Shown piece after piece: positions 10,062 to 23,250 of a stretch of DNA of 61,595 bases. The notes beneath the pieces are model-generated. The model was not told where the DNA came from and ran no database searches. It saw only the letters and a list, made by a program, of their open reading frames with translations. This stretch comes from Bacteroidota bacterium (GTDB lineage: Bacteria; Bacteroidota; Bacteroidia; Bacteroidales; UBA12481). How positions within the stretch are numbered: position 1 is the first letter of the stretch; each line of letters opens with the position of its first letter. The position numbers and the translations under genes are program-made. The stretch is from the NCBI GenBank assembly GCA_034658635.1, contig JAYEFL010000330.1, forward strand, positions 1-61,595, given 5' to 3'.

Positions 10062-10385
10062 TTAAGCTTCAGCAGTAGGCCCACCGAAGTTCATTGGCAA
10101 AACTGGTCCTCCAGGCTTATCTGCATTTTTAATGGGTCCGTACATAGATTCAAATTTCTTAACATTATCCTGCAAGGCCATTAGCAAACGCTTAGCATGC
10201 TCTGGTGTTAGAACAATCCTGCTTTTAACTTTAGCTTTGGGCACTCCAGGCATTATCCTCACAAAGTCAAGAACAAATTCTGAGCTTGAATGAGTAATTA
10301 TTGCCAGATTAGAATAAACACCCTGAGCAATATCCTCAGGAAGTTCGATGTTCAATTGATTACCTTTTTTTGGATTCTCTGCCAT
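10062..10385 (-). CDS. DUF3467-like small protein, 8 nt downstream of rpoC
   Basis: 107 aa. The core YSNLAIITHSSSEFVLDFV...RIVLTPEHAKRLLMAL matches my recollection of DUF3467, which follows rpoC in many Bacteroidota. Confidence 0.6.
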   Translation of the reverse strand: MAENPKKGNQLNIELPEDIAQGVYSNLAIITHSSSEFVLDFVRIMPGVPKAKVKSRIVLTPEHAKRLLMALQDNVKKFESMYGPIKNADKPGGPVLPMNFGGPTAEA

Positions 10386-10393
10386 ATCTGTTT

Positions 10394-13300
10394 TTATTGA
10401 AGTTCCGATTCTTTAGACTTAATGAGAGCCTGATACTCTTCCATTGACCCTACAATAATACGATCAAATGCACGATTACCAGTACCTGCAGGAATCTGAT
10501 GACCAACAATTACGTTTTCTTTCAGTCCTTCTAGATTATCAACTTTTCCTCTGATAGCTGCTTCATTCAGAACCTTTGTAGTCTCCTGGAAGGAAGCTGC
10601 TGACAGCCAGCTTGTTGTCTGAAGTGAAGCTTTTGTGATACCCTGAAGGACCTGGTTTGCAGTAGCAGGTATTGCATCTCTGGCATCAACTGGTTTCAGG
10701 TCTTTCCGCTTCAACATTGAATTTTCATCACGCAACTTACGGGTGGTTATCATTTGACCAGCCTTGAGATTTTGTGAGTCACCGGATTCAAGAATTACCT
10801 TCTTACCATATATTCCGTCGTTCTCTGTCATCACTTCCTGCTTATCCACAATCTGTTTTTCAAGGAATTTTGTATCACCCGGATCCTCTATAATAACCTT
10901 GCGCATCATTTGACGAACAATAACCTCAAAGTGCTTATCATTAATTTTCACACCCTGTAATCGGTAAACCTCCTGAACCTCGTTAACAATATATTCCTGA
11001 ACAGCAGTAGGCCCTTTAATGGCAAGAATATCAGATGGAGTAATTGCGCCATCAGACAGAGGAGTACCAGCTCTTACGTAATCATTTGGCTGAACCAGAA
11101 TTTGTTTCGATAGAGAAACTAAATACTTTTTGACCTCATCTGTTTTTGAAGTAATCATGATCTCCCTGTTACCACGCTTGATTTTCCCGTATGAAATGGT
11201 TCCATCAATTTCTGCTACAACTGCGGGATTAGAAGGATTTCTGGCCTCAAAGAGTTCAGTAACTCGTGGAAGTCCACCAGTGATATCACCAGATTTGCTA
11301 ATTGACCGAGGGATTTTAACCAGAATCTCACCTGCACGAACAGAATCTCCTTCATTGACAGAAATATGAGATCCAACAGGAAGGTTATATATCTTCAATG
11401 GTTCATTTTTATTGTCAACAATCTTGATTTCCGGATTTTTTGTTTTATCTCTTGTTTCAGTAATAACTTTTTCGCGGAATCCTGTTTGTTCATCAGATTC
11501 CTCACGGAATGTTATTCCATCAATAACATTATCAAAAGCAATACTACCAGATGCCTCAGAAATAATCACAGCATTGAACGGATCCCAATCACAAATCAGG
11601 TCGCCTGTTACAACGGAATCACCATCCTTCTTGAACATTTTGGCACTGTAAGGAATACTATGGGTAGAAAGCGTAATACCAGTATTCTTATCAACAATAC
11701 GCATCTCAGCCAATCGTCCGATAACAACCTCTACTGACGTATCACCATCTTCAGAGTGGACGGTTCTCAGTTCATCAATTTCAATAATTCCGTTAAATCT
11801 GGAAGTAATATTTGATTCTGCAGCGATATTGGATGCCGTACCTCCAACATGGAAGGTACGCAGAGTAAGCTGTGTACCAGGCTCTCCGATTGATTGTGCA
11901 GCAATAACACCAACAGAATCGCCTGATTGAGCCTTGCGGCCTGTAGCCAGTGATCGTCCGTAGCATTTTGCGCAAGCTCCCCTTACAGATTCACAAGTCA
12001 GAACTGAACGAATCTCAACATGTTCTATTGGTGAGTTCTCTACTAATTGTGCCAGATCTTCAGTAATTTCTTCACCGGCTCCAATTAGCAATTCACCGGT
12101 TAATGGGTGAAATACATCATTCAAAGTAGAGCGTCCTAATATTCGATCGTGAAGTGACTCAACAACTTCCTCACTATTCTTCAAAGCTGTTGCCACCAAG
12201 CCCCTCAAAGTTCCACAATCATCTTCCGCTACCACCACATCCTGAGCAACATCAACCAAACGACGAGTAAGATAACCAGCATCAGCTGTTTTAAGAGCAG
12301 TATCTGCCAGACCCTTACGAGCACCGTGAGTTGAAATAAAATATTCAAGAACAGAAAGACCTTCTTTAAAATTAGATAAAATCGGGTTTTCAATAATCTC
12401 TGAACCGGTAGCACCTGATTTTTGAGGCTTTGCCATCAGTCCTCTCATTCCGCAGAGCTGACGAATCTGCTCTTTGGAACCCCGGGCTCCAGAATCCAGC
12501 ATCATGTATACAGGATTGAAACCTCCATTGTCATTTGCCAGCTGATTCATGACAGTCTGCGTCAATCTGGCATTTGTATGGGTCCAAATATCGATGATCT
12601 GATTGTATCTTTCATTATTAGTAATGAAACCCATGTTGTAGTTATTCATTACTTCATCAACCTGATCGTATCCATCCTTAACCATCGGATCTTTCTCCTC
12701 CGGAATAATTACATCTGCAAGATTAAAAGACAACCCACCTTTAAATGCAGTAGTAAACCCAAGTTCTTTAATATCATCCAAAAACTGGGCAGTATCAGAG
12801 GTACCACAACGTTTTAAAATATTTCCAATAATATCCCTCAAGGATTTTTTTGTCAGAAGTGTATTCAAATATCCAACTTCTTCAGGAACAACTTCGTTAA
12901 ACATTATACGACCTACCGTTGTCTCAATCAGATGGTTAACTGCTTGTCCATCCTTAATATCATCAACTTTAACTTTAACTATTGCATGTAATTCAACGGC
13001 AGCTTCATTATAGGCAATAATTGCTTCTTCTGGAGAATAGAACACCAAGCCTTCGCCTTTAACCTTTCTTTTCGCTGTACTTTTTCTGGACTTAGTGATA
13101 TAATAAAGTCCCAAAACCATATCCTGAGAAGGAACAGCAACAGGTGCCCCATTTGCAGGATTAAGAATATTTTGAGAAGCCAGCATCAGCATTTGAGCTT
13201 CAAGAATAGCAGCATTTCCTAATGGTAAATGAACAGCCATTTGGTCACCATCAAAGTCGGCGTTAAATGCTGTACATACCAGTGGATGTAAATGAATGGC

Positions 13301-14671
13301 CTTGCCTTCAATTAATTTTGGCTGAAAAGCCTGAATTCCAAGACGGTGCAAAGTAGGAGCCCGGTTAAGTAACACAGGATGACCTTTCAATACATTTTCC
13401 AGAATATCCCAAACTACAGGATCTCTGCGATCAACAATCTTTTTTGCAGATTTAACCGTTTTAACAATACCTCTTTCAATGAGCTTACGTATCACGAAAG
13501 GCTTATACAATTCCGCGGCCATATCCTTTGGCAGACCACATTCATGCAAATCCAGTTCAGGACCAACAACTATAACAGAACGTGCCGAGTAATCAACACG
13601 TTTACCAAGCAAATTCTGACGGAATCGTCCTTGCTTGCCCTTCAAACTATCACTTAAAGATTTGAGAGGTCTGTTTGCATCGGTCTTAACTGCATTAGAT
13701 TTACGACTATTATCAAAGAGGCTATCAACAGATTCCTGAAGCATTCGTTTCTCATTTCTAAGAATTACTTCAGGTGCCTTAATTTCGATTAAACGCTTAA
13801 GACGATTATTTCTGATTATTACCCTTCTATACAAATCATTCAGGTCAGATGTGGCAAATCGACCACCATCAAGAGGAACCAATGGACGTAATTCAGGAGG
13901 AATTACAGGAACAACCTTTACAATCATCCACTCAGGGCGATTAACACCCTGACTTGCTCTGAAAGCTTCAACTACCTGAAGACGCTTAAGTGCTTCATTC
14001 TTCCTCTGTTGTGAAGTCTCAGTATTAGCTTTATGCCTGAGAGAGAATGATAATCCATCTAAGTCCAGACGCCCCAGCAATTTAAATAATGCGTCAGCTC
14101 CCATACCTGCGATAAATTTCGCAGGATCAGTATCGTCTAATAAATGATTTTCTTTTGGCAGAGTATCCAGAATATCCAAATATTCCTCCTCTGTAAGGAA
14201 ATCAAGGTATTTTATTTCATCGGCTTCCTTAATCCCTGGATTTATTACCACATAGCGCTCGTAGTAAATAATAGTATCCAGCTTTTTGGTTGGCAAACCA
14301 AGAAGGTAGCCAATTTTATTGGGCAAAGATTTGAAATACCAGATGTGAGCAACCGGAACGGTAAGGGAGATATGCCCCATTCTTTCACGACGCACTTTCT
14401 TTTCAGTTACTTCAACTCCACAACGATCACAGATAATCCCTTTATATCTGATTCGTTTGTACTTACCACAATGACATTCATAATCTTTAACAGGGCCGAA
14501 AATTCTCTCACAGAATAGACCGTCCCTCTCAGGCTTATATGTCCGATAATTGATGGTTTCAGGCTTTAGGACTTCTCCGCTTGAACGCTCCAGAATTTCT
14601 TCTGGAGAGGCCAATCCGAGTGCAATCTTAGTGAAACTGCTTCTAACCTTGGTTTCTTTTCTGAACGCCAT
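10394..14671 (-). CDS. rpoC: DNA-directed RNA polymerase subunit beta-prime
   Basis: 1425 aa with the catalytic [12 protein letters not shown] motif and an N-terminal zinc-binding [20 protein letters not shown]. Confidence 0.98.
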   Translation of the reverse strand: MAFRKETKVRSSFTKIALGLASPEEILERSSGEVLKPETINYRTYKPERDGLFCERIFGPVKDYECHCGKYKRIRYKGIICDRCGVEVTEKKVRRERMGHISLTVPVAHIWYFKSLPNKIGYLLGLPTKKLDTIIYYERYVVINPGIKEADEIKYLDFLTEEEYLDILDTLPKENHLLDDTDPAKFIAGMGADALFKLLGRLDLDGLSFSLRHKANTETSQQRKNEALKRLQVVEAFRASQGVNRPEWMIVKVVPVIPPELRPLVPLDGGRFATSDLNDLYRRVIIRNNRLKRLIEIKAPEVILRNEKRMLQESVDSLFDNSRKSNAVKTDANRPLKSLSDSLKGKQGRFRQNLLGKRVDYSARSVIVVGPELDLHECGLPKDMAAELYKPFVIRKLIERGIVKTVKSAKKIVDRRDPVVWDILENVLKGHPVLLNRAPTLHRLGIQAFQPKLIEGKAIHLHPLVCTAFNADFDGDQMAVHLPLGNAAILEAQMLMLASQNILNPANGAPVAVPSQDMVLGLYYITKSRKSTAKRKVKGEGLVFYSPEEAIIAYNEAAVELHAIVKVKVDDIKDGQAVNHLIETTVGRIMFNEVVPEEVGYLNTLLTKKSLRDIIGNILKRCGTSDTAQFLDDIKELGFTTAFKGGLSFNLADVIIPEEKDPMVKDGYDQVDEVMNNYNMGFITNNERYNQIIDIWTHTNARLTQTVMNQLANDNGGFNPVYMMLDSGARGSKEQIRQLCGMRGLMAKPQKSGATGSEIIENPILSNFKEGLSVLEYFISTHGARKGLADTALKTADAGYLTRRLVDVAQDVVVAEDDCGTLRGLVATALKNSEEVVESLHDRILGRSTLNDVFHPLTGELLIGAGEEITEDLAQLVENSPIEHVEIRSVLTCESVRGACAKCYGRSLATGRKAQSGDSVGVIAAQSIGEPGTQLTLRTFHVGGTASNIAAESNITSRFNGIIEIDELRTVHSEDGDTSVEVVIGRLAEMRIVDKNTGITLSTHSIPYSAKMFKKDGDSVVTGDLICDWDPFNAVIISEASGSIAFDNVIDGITFREESDEQTGFREKVITETRDKTKNPEIKIVDNKNEPLKIYNLPVGSHISVNEGDSVRAGEILVKIPRSISKSGDITGGLPRVTELFEARNPSNPAVVAEIDGTISYGKIKRGNREIMITSKTDEVKKYLVSLSKQILVQPNDYVRAGTPLSDGAITPSDILAIKGPTAVQEYIVNEVQEVYRLQGVKINDKHFEVIVRQMMRKVIIEDPGDTKFLEKQIVDKQEVMTENDGIYGKKVILESGDSQNLKAGQMITTRKLRDENSMLKRKDLKPVDARDAIPATANQVLQGITKASLQTTSWLSAASFQETTKVLNEAAIRGKVDNLEGLKENVIVGHQIPAGTGNRAFDRIIVGSMEEYQALIKSKESELQ

Positions 14672-14730
14672 ATCGATATTTTGATATTTTTATTACTAAA
14701 TCTGACTTTAACAAATTATCCGATTCCGGA

Positions 14731-17700
14731 TTATACAAGCTTAACACTCAAGCCTAAACCACGAAGTTCATGGAGTAATACATTGAGTGATTCAGGAATG
14801 CCAGGAGTTGGCAGAGGTTCTCCCTTCACAATTGCTTCGTAAGCTTTTGCTCTACCCATCACGTCATCAGACTTAACGGTAAGAATCTCCTGCAAAATAT
14901 TTGCAGCACCAAAAGCTTCCAGGGCCCACACTTCCATCTCACCAAAACGCTGACCTCCAAATTGAGCTTTTCCTCCAAGAGGCTGCTGAGTGATAAGAGA
15001 GTAAGGTCCGATTGATCTGGCGTGCATCTTATCTTCAACCATATGTCCCAACTTGAGCATGTAAATTACACCCACGGTTGCCGGTTGGTCAAAACGCACT
15101 CCCGTACTTCCATCATAAAGAAAAGTTTTCCCATATCTTGGGAGTCCGGCCCGGTCAGTAATCTCACAAATTTGATCTAACGATGCTCCATCAAAAATTG
15201 GAGTGGCATACTTCTCATTCAATTTCAGTCCGGCCCAACCTAAAACAGTTTCATATATCTGACCAAGATTCATCCTTGAAGGCACACCCAAAGGATTCAA
15301 TACGATATCCACCGGAGTTCCATCTTCAAGGAAAGGCATATCTTCCTTACGAACAATCTTTGCAACAATACCCTTATTTCCGTGACGACCCGCCATTTTA
15401 TCACCCACTCTCAGCTTCCGTTTCTTTGCAATGTAAACCTTAGCCAACTGGATAATTCCTGTAGGAAGCTCATCACCAATAGTAATATTGTATTTCTTGC
15501 GTCTGTAATCCCCTGCAATTTCCTTATACTTCACAAGGTAATTATTAAGGAGATCTTTGATCGATTCATTCTTCTTCTTGTCTGTGGTCCATTTATTAGG
15601 ATTAACAGACATATAATCCAGTCCTTGCAGAATTCGCAGAGTAAATTTGGTTCCTTTTGCAACAACGTCCTCATTGAGATTGTTACGAACACCCTGAGAA
15701 GTTTTTCCGTTTACCAGGACAAACAGCTTATCAATAAGAATTCGCTGAATTTCTGCAACATGGCTTTCGAATTCAATGTCAAATTTCTCAACCAGAGTCT
15801 TATCAGCTGCCCTGATCTTTCGGTCTTTTACACTACGTGAAAACAGGTTCTTATTGATAACGATACCTGCTAATGAAGGTCCGGCCTTCAAACTGGCATC
15901 TTTAACATCACCGGCTTTATCACCGAAAATGGCTCGTAGCAATCTCTCTTCAGGTGAAGGATCAGACTCTCCCTTAGGAGTAATTTTTCCAATAAGGATA
16001 TCTCCGGGACGAACTTCAGCGCCAACCCGGATCAAACCGTTCTCATCAAGATTTCTTGTAGCTTCCTCACTAACATTCGGAATATCAGAAGTAAGTTCTT
16101 CCATACCACGTTTGGTATCACGTACCTCCAATATGTACTCATCGATATGGATTGAAGTAAATACGTCTTCACGAACAACTCGTTCAGAAATTACAATCGC
16201 ATCCTCAAAGTTATATCCTTTCCATGGCATAAAAGCAACCATAAGGTTTCTACCCAATGCCAACTCACCATCCTGAGTAGCATATCCTTCTGTAAGGATT
16301 TGATTTTTGAAAACCTTTTCTCCTTTTTTTACAACCGGCTTTAGATTAATGGTTGTATTCTGGTTGGTTTTCTTAAACTTCTGCAAATCGTATGTCCGGA
16401 TATCATCATCAAAGCTTACAAATCTCTGCTCTTCTGAAAAATCATAGCGAACAACAATTTTATCAGCATCCACATACTCTATAACACCGTCTTCCTCAGC
16501 CACATATTGAATTCTGGAATCGGCAATAACACTTCGTTCAATACCTGTTCCAACAATTGGACTTTCAGGATTTACGAGGGGAACCGCCTGACGCATCATG
16601 TTAGATCCCATCAGGGCACGGTTTGCATCATCGTGCTCCAGAAATGGAATCAGAGAAGCTGCAATCGAGGCAATCTGGTTTGGAGAAACATCCATAAGGT
16701 GAACATCCTCCTTTGAAGACAAAGGATAATCAGCTTCAAAACGAGCTTTAACCTTAGGATTTACAAAGTTACCCTCATCATCAATAGGCGCATTAGCCTG
16801 AGCAATAATTTTTTCTTCTTCCTCTTCAGCAGAGAAATAAGTAATACCTTCATTGGTCAGATCAACCTTTCCTTCGATAACCTGTCGATAGGGAGTTTCA
16901 ATAAATCCAAGATGGTTAACCTTCGCAAAAACACAAAGTGAAGAGATTAGTCCAATATTCGGACCTTCAGGTGTTTCAATAGGGCATAATCTACCATAGT
17001 GCGTGTAATGAACGTCTCTAACTTCAAATCCAGCCCTTTCTCTTGACAATCCTCCTGGTCCCAAAGCAGACATTCTTCTCTTATGAGTCATTTCTGCCAG
17101 TGGGTTGGTTTGATCCATAAACTGGCTCAAAGCATTTGTACCAAAAAAGGAATTAATAACCGATGAAAGAGTCTTGGAATTAATCAGATCAATGGGAGTA
17201 AAAACCTCATTATCCCTAACATTCATTCTTTCACGAATTGTTCTTGCCATACGTGCCAAACCAACTCCAAACTGATTAAACAGTTGCTCCCCTACAGTTC
17301 TGACACGCCTGTTACTTAAGTGATCAATATCATCGACATCTGCTTTTGAATTAATCAATTCGATCAGGTACTTGATGATACTGATAATATCTTGTTTAGT
17401 CAGGACCTTAGTATCCATTGCGATATCATGGCCTAACTTCTTATTAATCCGGAAACGTCCTACGTCACCAAGATCGTATCTTTTGTCAGAGAAGAATAGC
17501 TTATCGATTACATCTCTGGCAGTTGCTTCATCCGGAGGCTCAGCATTTCTGAGCTGACGATAGATATGCAAAACAGCCTCTTTTTCAGAGTTGCATGGAT
17601 CCTTCTGTAAAGTGTTATAAATAATAGCATAATCAGACATATTCTGGTCTTCCTTATGCAGCAGGATCATTTTTGAACCAGAATTGACAATATCTTCAAT

Positions 17701-18540
17701 ATGCTCTGCTTCAATAATTGTTTCTCTGTCAATTATAACCTCATTCCTTTCAATAGAAACTACTTCTCCGGTATCCTCATCCACGAAATCCTCAATCCAG
17801 GATTTCAGCACTCTTGCCGCAAGCTTACGCCCTACAACCTTTTTGAGTCCAGTTTTGGTCACTTTAATTTCATCAGCAAGACCAAAAATTTCGAGGATAT
17901 CCTTATCGCCCTCAAAACCTATTGCACGTAACAATGTTGTTACAGGCAATTTCTTTTTCCGATCGATATATGCATACATCACGCTATTGATGTCAGTTGC
18001 AAATTCAATCCATGATCCCCTGAAAGGAATAACTCTGGCTGAATACAACTTTGTTCCGTTAGCATGTAAGCTCTGACCGAAGAATACACCAGGAGACCGA
18101 TGTAACTGACTAACAACTACTCTTTCTGCTCCATTGATCACAAAAGTTCCTCTGGGGGTCATATACGGAATTGTACCCAGGTACACATCCTGTACAACCA
18201 TATCGAAATCCTCATGATCCGGATCAGTACAATATAACTTAAGCTTCGCTTTTAACGGAACGCTATAAGTTAAACCTCTTTGGATACATTCTCCAATTGA
18301 ATACCTTGGAGAATCAACGAAATAATCAATGAATTCCAGTACAAAGTTATTTCGGGTATCCGTAATTGGAAAATTCTCCTGAAACACTTTGAACAATCCT
18401 TCATCTGTACGTTGTTCCGGTGTAGTTTCTAGTTGAAAGAAGTCTGAGAAAGACTTCACCTGAACACCCAGAAAATCCGGGTATTCTAATTGATTTTTTG
18501 TTGAACCAAAATTGATTCGCTGACTTTTCTGCTTTGTCAT
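14731..18540 (-). CDS. rpoB: DNA-directed RNA polymerase subunit beta
   Basis: [14 protein letters not shown] and other RpoB blocks. Start set at ATG 18540 ([12 protein letters not shown]...). The 15-aa upstream extension in the ORF track looks non-coding. Confidence 0.97.
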   Translation of the reverse strand: MTKQKSQRINFGSTKNQLEYPDFLGVQVKSFSDFFQLETTPEQRTDEGLFKVFQENFPITDTRNNFVLEFIDYFVDSPRYSIGECIQRGLTYSVPLKAKLKLYCTDPDHEDFDMVVQDVYLGTIPYMTPRGTFVINGAERVVVSQLHRSPGVFFGQSLHANGTKLYSARVIPFRGSWIEFATDINSVMYAYIDRKKKLPVTTLLRAIGFEGDKDILEIFGLADEIKVTKTGLKKVVGRKLAARVLKSWIEDFVDEDTGEVVSIERNEVIIDRETIIEAEHIEDIVNSGSKMILLHKEDQNMSDYAIIYNTLQKDPCNSEKEAVLHIYRQLRNAEPPDEATARDVIDKLFFSDKRYDLGDVGRFRINKKLGHDIAMDTKVLTKQDIISIIKYLIELINSKADVDDIDHLSNRRVRTVGEQLFNQFGVGLARMARTIRERMNVRDNEVFTPIDLINSKTLSSVINSFFGTNALSQFMDQTNPLAEMTHKRRMSALGPGGLSRERAGFEVRDVHYTHYGRLCPIETPEGPNIGLISSLCVFAKVNHLGFIETPYRQVIEGKVDLTNEGITYFSAEEEEEKIIAQANAPIDDEGNFVNPKVKARFEADYPLSSKEDVHLMDVSPNQIASIAASLIPFLEHDDANRALMGSNMMRQAVPLVNPESPIVGTGIERSVIADSRIQYVAEEDGVIEYVDADKIVVRYDFSEEQRFVSFDDDIRTYDLQKFKKTNQNTTINLKPVVKKGEKVFKNQILTEGYATQDGELALGRNLMVAFMPWKGYNFEDAIVISERVVREDVFTSIHIDEYILEVRDTKRGMEELTSDIPNVSEEATRNLDENGLIRVGAEVRPGDILIGKITPKGESDPSPEERLLRAIFGDKAGDVKDASLKAGPSLAGIVINKNLFSRSVKDRKIRAADKTLVEKFDIEFESHVAEIQRILIDKLFVLVNGKTSQGVRNNLNEDVVAKGTKFTLRILQGLDYMSVNPNKWTTDKKKNESIKDLLNNYLVKYKEIAGDYRRKKYNITIGDELPTGIIQLAKVYIAKKRKLRVGDKMAGRHGNKGIVAKIVRKEDMPFLEDGTPVDIVLNPLGVPSRMNLGQIYETVLGWAGLKLNEKYATPIFDGASLDQICEITDRAGLPRYGKTFLYDGSTGVRFDQPATVGVIYMLKLGHMVEDKMHARSIGPYSLITQQPLGGKAQFGGQRFGEMEVWALEAFGAANILQEILTVKSDDVMGRAKAYEAIVKGEPLPTPGIPESLNVLLHELRGLGLSVKLV

Positions 18541-18574
18541 CCACCCAGCATTAGGAATTAACGATACCTTGAAA

Positions 18575-18617
18575 AACAACAACAAAAGGCTTAGAACCCG
18601 TCATTTCAGGGTTCTAA
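18575..18617 (-). terminator. rplL-rpoB intergenic hairpin plus T-rich tract (attenuator/partial terminator)
   Basis: 9-bp stem TTAGAACCC/GGGTTCTAA (18591-18617), followed on the minus strand by GCCTTTTGTTGTTGTTTTTC. Confidence 0.6.
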
Positions 18618-18646
18618 ACCTTAAAATTAGTTATGTAAGAACGGAT

Positions 18647-19021
18647 TTACTTAATTTCAACTTCTGCTCCTGCTTCTTCTAATTGATTTTTCAGTGCTTC
18701 AGCTTCTTCTTTGGTTACCTTTTCCTTAACCGCTTTAGGAGAAGCATCTACAACAGCTTTAGCTTCTTTCAGACCGAGGCCTGTAAGTTCTTTAACAAGC
18801 TTCACAATTTGAAGCTTCGCTCCACCTGGGGCTTTCAGAATTACATCAAATTCTGTTTGCTCTTCAGCGGCACCACCTTCGTCACCAGCAGGTCCGGCAA
18901 CTGCAACAGCTGCTGCAGCAGGCTCGATACCATACTCATCTTTGAGTATACCAGCCAGTTCATTTACATCTTTAACAGTAAGGTTAACAAGTTCTTCTGC
19001 AAGCTTTTTTAAGTCTGCCAT
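18647..19021 (-). CDS. rplL: 50S ribosomal protein L7/L12
   Basis: [16 protein letters not shown]... with an Ala/Gly hinge and C-terminal LKEAKAVVD. Start set at ATG 19021. The longer ORF overlaps rplJ. Confidence 0.95.
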   Translation of the reverse strand: MADLKKLAEELVNLTVKDVNELAGILKDEYGIEPAAAAVAVAGPAGDEGGAAEEQTEFDVILKAPGGAKLQIVKLVKELTGLGLKEAKAVVDASPKAVKEKVTKEEAEALKNQLEEAGAEVEIK

Positions 19022-19058
19022 TTTCGTAATATTTAAAAAAGTAAGTTCAACAATTTTA

Positions 19059-19583
19059 TTAGTTTTCTCTTTCTGACAGCGTTTTAACCACACCTGCCAG
19101 TGTGTGCGTACCTGAATCCAATGCAGACATTACATTCCGCATAGGAGATTGCAATAATGCAAGCAGATCGCCAATCAATTCATCCTTAGATTTGATAGCA
19201 ACAAGTGCATCCAATTGCTCAACACCAAGGTAAATGGATTCCTCAACATAGGCAGCTTTCAGTTCCGGCTTCGGGAATTTTCTTTTCTTAAATTCCTTAA
19301 TAAGCTTTGCCGGTGTATTTCCTACTTCTGAGAGCATCAAAGATGTAGGACCTGAAAGTACCGGGATGAGTTCCTCGAAATTACCATCTGCCTGTTCCAG
19401 AGCTTTTTGCAGAAGAGAATTCTTAACGACCAAAAGGCCAATTTCTTCTTTAAAGCACTCACGACGCAGTTCAGAGGTCTGCAAAGCATCTAAACCACCG
19501 ATATCGGCAATATAAAAATGCTTGGAGGAATTTATCCTTTCCTTAAGTTGGACAATTATCGCGTTTTTGTCTTCGCGTTTCAT
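19059..19583 (-). CDS. rplJ: 50S ribosomal protein L10
   Basis: 174 aa, positioned between rplA and rplL, with L10-like sequence. Confidence 0.93.
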   Translation of the reverse strand: MKREDKNAIIVQLKERINSSKHFYIADIGGLDALQTSELRRECFKEEIGLLVVKNSLLQKALEQADGNFEELIPVLSGPTSLMLSEVGNTPAKLIKEFKKRKFPKPELKAAYVEESIYLGVEQLDALVAIKSKDELIGDLLALLQSPMRNVMSALDSGTHTLAGVVKTLSEREN

Positions 19584-19607
19584 AATTCAAACAACCGTAT
19601 TAAACGT

Positions 19608-20303
19608 TTAAGCTTCGATAGATTTAGGATCAATCTCAATACCAGGACTCATTGTACTCGACAAATGGATACTTTTCACATAAGTTCCTTTTGCTGAAGT
19701 AGGCTTGAGTTTCAAAATTGTGTTTATCAATTCACTAGCATTATCCATGATCTTATCCGATTCAAAAGACACCTTTCCAATAGCAGCGTGGACAATCCCG
19801 AATTTATCAACTTTAAAGTCAATTTTACCTTTTTTCACTTCGGTGATCGCTTTTCCAATTTCCATAGTAACTGTTCCGCTCTTTGGATTAGGCATCAATC
19901 CACGCGGACCCAGAACCCGGCCAAGAGGACCAACTTTCCCCATGCATGGAGGCATTGTGATAATCACATCTATATCAGTCCATCCGCTCTTGATCTTCTC
20001 AACAAATTCGTCAAGTCCTGCAAAATCTGCTCCAGCTTCTTTTGCTTCAGCTTCTTTATCAGGTGTAACCAGAGCCAATACACGAACATTTTTTCCGGTT
20101 CCGTGAGGGAGAGTAACAACGCCACGCACCATTTGGTTGGCTTTTCGCGGGTCTACACCCAATCGAATATCCAAGTCAACGGATGCGTTAAATTTAGCAG
20201 TTGTAATTTCCTTCACCAATCCGGAAGCTTCAGCCAGAGTATACAGCTTATCCTGCTCAACTTTGTCGAGCACATTCTTCCTATTCTTGGTTAACTTAGC
20301 CAT
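19608..20303 (-). CDS. rplA: 50S ribosomal protein L1
   Basis: 231 aa. MAKLTKNRK... and VTLPHGTGK are typical of L1. Confidence 0.95.
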   Translation of the reverse strand: MAKLTKNRKNVLDKVEQDKLYTLAEASGLVKEITTAKFNASVDLDIRLGVDPRKANQMVRGVVTLPHGTGKNVRVLALVTPDKEAEAKEAGADFAGLDEFVEKIKSGWTDIDVIITMPPCMGKVGPLGRVLGPRGLMPNPKSGTVTMEIGKAITEVKKGKIDFKVDKFGIVHAAIGKVSFESDKIMDNASELINTILKLKPTSAKGTYVKSIHLSSTMSPGIEIDPKSIEA

Positions 20304-20319
20304 GATTTTAAATCAATAA

Positions 20320-20757
20320 TTAATAGGGTGCATCACCATTAATGGTTATTCCCATACTTCGTGCAGTTCCTGCGATCATTTTCATTGCTGAATTAATTGT
20401 GAAGGCATTCAAATCAACCATCTTATCTTCTGCAATTAACTTAACCTGATCCCAATTTACAGATCCCACTTTCTCTCTATTAGATTCTGGTGAACCCTTT
20501 TTAAGATTTGCTGCATCCAATAGTTGAACAGCAGCTGGTGGAGTCTTTGTGACGAAATCGAAGGATTTATCACGATAAACAGTGATAACCACGGGAATAA
20601 CTTTTCCGGCTTTATCCTGTGTGCGGCCATTGAACTGCTTACAGAAGTCCATTATATTGACTCCCTTAGCACCCAAGGCTGGTCCGACAGGTGGTGAAGG
20701 GTTTGCAGCCCCACCCCGGATCTGTAGTTTGATGATTCCCGTTACTTCTTTAGCCAT
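20320..20757 (-). CDS. rplK: 50S ribosomal protein L11
   Basis: 145 aa. [21 protein letters not shown] is the L11 signature. Confidence 0.96.
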   Translation of the reverse strand: MAKEVTGIIKLQIRGGAANPSPPVGPALGAKGVNIMDFCKQFNGRTQDKAGKVIPVVITVYRDKSFDFVTKTPPAAVQLLDAANLKKGSPESNREKVGSVNWDQVKLIAEDKMVDLNAFTINSAMKMIAGTARSMGITINGDAPY

Positions 20758-20883
20758 AATTTAGTGTACAATAATGGTTAGTAATTTATATAGTTCGCAG
20801 GTGCCTTAGCATCTCAGGTGGAATATCGGAACCAGGACTTCCTGTAAAATGAACCACCTGGAAGCAGTGATTCATGATCCGGA

Positions 20884-21432
20884 TTACTCCTTTTCAACCT
20901 GCATAAAACTCAACTCAAGTGGAGTTTTCCGACCGAAGATTTTAACAATCACTTTTAGTTTCTTCTTCTCATTGTTAACCTCTTCAATCACTCCGGTAAA
21001 ACTATTAAATGGTCCGTCAACCACTTTCACGGCTTCTCCAACAAAGAAAGGAATATTCAATTCCTCATCAGTTTCAGCCAACTCATCAACTTTGCCAAGG
21101 ATTCTATTAACCTCAGCCTGTCTGATTGGGACAGGAGAACCTCCCCGCTCAGTACCCAAAAACCCAATGACGTTAGGAATATCTCGTAAAATTACTGGTA
21201 TCTCACCACTCAAAACTGCTTCAATCAGCACATAACCAGGGAAAAAGTTTTTCTCCTTAGAAATCTTTTTTCCATTTCTAATCTGGTATACCTTTTCAGT
21301 AGGTATCAGAACCTGGAATACATAATCCTGCAAATTCCGATGAGCAACTTCACTCTCGATATATTCCTTAACTTTTTTCTCTTTGCCTCCTATCGCGCGG
21401 AGGACGTACCACTTCTTCTCTGTTTGACTCAT
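20884..21432 (-). CDS. nusG: Transcription termination/antitermination factor NusG
   Basis: 182 aa with an N-terminal [11 protein letters not shown] domain and a KOW motif [21 protein letters not shown]. Confidence 0.95.
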   Translation of the reverse strand: MSQTEKKWYVLRAIGGKEKKVKEYIESEVAHRNLQDYVFQVLIPTEKVYQIRNGKKISKEKNFFPGYVLIEAVLSGEIPVILRDIPNVIGFLGTERGGSPVPIRQAEVNRILGKVDELAETDEELNIPFFVGEAVKVVDGPFNSFTGVIEEVNNEKKKLKVIVKIFGRKTPLELSFMQVEKE

Positions 21433-21481
21433 CGGGATACCAGGATTAAATAGTCATTAAATGAATTCATCCATCCACAAA

Positions 21482-21673
21482 TTAGCTAAACGTGCTATAT
21501 ATGAACTCCATAAGGTTCCTGAAAGAGGCATCCATTGCCAAAATAACAACTGAAATAATAGCAGAAGCTATCATTACTACAATGGCAGAATTTTGCAAAT
21601 CTCCCCAACTTGGCCAGGACACCTTGTGAACCAACTCGTCGTATGCTTCTTTTAAATAGTTTAATACTTTCAT
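21482..21673 (-). CDS. secE: Preprotein translocase subunit SecE
   Basis: 63 aa with a single C-terminal TM helix, in the conserved position between tRNA-Trp and nusG. Confidence 0.85.
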   Translation of the reverse strand: MKVLNYLKEAYDELVHKVSWPSWGDLQNSAIVVMIASAIISVVILAMDASFRNLMEFIYSTFS

Positions 21674-21692
21674 TTTGACAAAATCTCTAATG

Positions 21693-21765
21693 CACGGATG
21701 GAGAGACTCGAACTCCCAGCCTGCGGTTTTGGAGACCGCTGCTCTACCAATTGAGCTACATCCGT
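21693..21765 (-). tRNA. tRNA-Trp (anticodon CCA)
   Basis: Manually folded cloverleaf on the minus strand: acceptor ACGGATG/CATCCGT, anticodon loop CTCCAAA, T-loop TTCGAGT. Confidence 0.9.
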
Positions 21766-21774
21766 TTATAAGGA

Positions 21775-21810
21775 AAGATAATCCGGCACCTCAGGTATCC
21801 GGATTATCTT
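21775..21810 (-). terminator. 12-bp hairpin between tuf and tRNA-Trp (weak terminator or processing structure)
   Basis: AAGATAATCCGG/CCGGATTATCTT stem with a 12-nt loop. The downstream tract on the minus strand is only moderately T-rich (TCCTTATAA). Confidence 0.4.
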
Positions 21811-21830
21811 CTCTATAAAAGGTTTATTTT

Positions 21831-23021
21831 CTATTCGTCTACAATCGAAGTAACCTGACCAGCACCAACTGTACGGCCACCTTCACGGATAGCAAAACGC
21901 AATCCAAGATCCAGAGCTACCGGAGTAATGAGTTCAACAGTAATTGACACATTATCTCCTGGCATTACCATCTCAGTTCCTTCAGGAAGATGAATCTCAC
22001 CTGTTACATCAAGCGTACGAATGTAAAACTGAGGACGATACTTGTTATGGAAAGGAGTGTGGCGACCACCTTCTTCTTTCTTCAAAACATATATCTCGGC
22101 AATGAATTTAGTGTGGGGAGTGATGGTTCCCGTCTTGGCAATAACCTGACCACGACGAATTTCCTCTTTTCCAACACCTCTGAGAAGGAGCCCAACATTA
22201 TCTCCAGCTTCACCTCTATCCAAAATCTTACGGAACATCTCAACACCTGTAACAACAGTCTTACGACCTTCAGCTCCCAAGCCAATAATTTGAACTTCTT
22301 CACCAGTATTTATAACACCAGCCTCAATACGTCCTGTAGCAACAGTACCACGACCTGTAATTGAGAATACGTCTTCAACAGGCAGCAAGAAAGGCTTATC
22401 AACATCACGTGGAGGAAGTGGAATATACTCATCCACAGCATCCATTAGTTCCTGAACTTTCTTTTCCCACTCAGGCTCTCCGTTTAATCCACCAAGAGCA
22501 GATCCACTGATAACAGGAGTGTTATCGCCATCAAATTTGTAGAAATCTAAAAGTTCACGAACTTCCATTTCCACTAACTCAAGCAATTCCTCGTCGTCTA
22601 CCAGATCAACCTTGTTCAGGAAAACAACGATCTTAGGAACGTTTACCTGACGAGCCAACAAGATATGCTCACGCGTTTGAGGCATAGGACCATCAGTACC
22701 GGCAACAACCAAAATTGCACCGTCCATCTGCGCAGCACCTGTTACCATGTTTTTCACATAGTCAGCGTGACCAGGGCAGTCAACGTGTGCATAATGACGA
22801 GCCGCAGTTTCGTACTCAACATGTGCCGTGTTAATAGTAATACCCCTTTCCTTTTCCTCAGGAGCATTATCAATAGAATCGAAATCCATTACATCAGCAA
22901 GACCTTGCTTACTCAGCACCATGGTGATGGCTGAAGTTAACGTGGTTTTACCATGGTCTACGTGACCAATCGTACCAATGTTAACGTGAGGTTTCGTCCT
23001 TTCAAATTTTTGCTTAGCCAT
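21831..23021 (-). CDS. tuf: Elongation factor Tu
   Basis: 396 aa with GTPase motifs [18 protein letters not shown] and NKVD. Confidence 0.98.
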   Translation of the reverse strand: MAKQKFERTKPHVNIGTIGHVDHGKTTLTSAITMVLSKQGLADVMDFDSIDNAPEEKERGITINTAHVEYETAARHYAHVDCPGHADYVKNMVTGAAQMDGAILVVAGTDGPMPQTREHILLARQVNVPKIVVFLNKVDLVDDEELLELVEMEVRELLDFYKFDGDNTPVISGSALGGLNGEPEWEKKVQELMDAVDEYIPLPPRDVDKPFLLPVEDVFSITGRGTVATGRIEAGVINTGEEVQIIGLGAEGRKTVVTGVEMFRKILDRGEAGDNVGLLLRGVGKEEIRRGQVIAKTGTITPHTKFIAEIYVLKKEEGGRHTPFHNKYRPQFYIRTLDVTGEIHLPEGTEMVMPGDNVSITVELITPVALDLGLRFAIREGGRTVGAGQVTSIVDE

Positions 23022-23083
23022 GGTTAACTTTGTTTAATCCGTTAATTATCAATTATTTAAACTTATTTCAAAAAATCGGTTCG

Positions 23084-23155
<72 letters not shown>

Positions 23156-23164
23156 TTTGCTCCG

Positions 23165-23236
23165 AGCGGGAAACGAGATTCGAACCCGCGACCCTCAGCT
23201 TGGAAGGCTGATGCTCTACCGCTGAGCTACTCCCGC
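23165..23236 (-). tRNA. tRNA-Gly (anticodon TCC)
   Basis: The minus strand reads GCGGGAGTAGCTCAGCGGTAGAGC...CTTCCAA...GGGTTCGAATC...TTCCCGCT. Confidence 0.88.
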
Positions 23237-23250
23237 TAGTTATCAAAAAG

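Noticed and set aside
11130-18076. Numerous 60-170-aa plus-strand ORFs inside rpoC and rpoB (for example 15776-16276, 15382-15840 and 12422-12817)
   Set aside because: They are antisense to highly conserved, strongly supported genes. Their compositions are low-complexity or biased, and they have no recognisable motifs.
18541-18585. N-terminal 15-aa extension of rpoB ([15 protein letters not shown]) in the ORF track
   Set aside because: It is not RpoB-like and overlaps the attenuator region. The conserved N-terminus begins at the ATG at 18540.
19022-19093. N-terminal 24-aa extension of rplL
   Set aside because: It overlaps the rplJ 3' end. L7/L12 clearly starts at MADLKK (ATG 19021).
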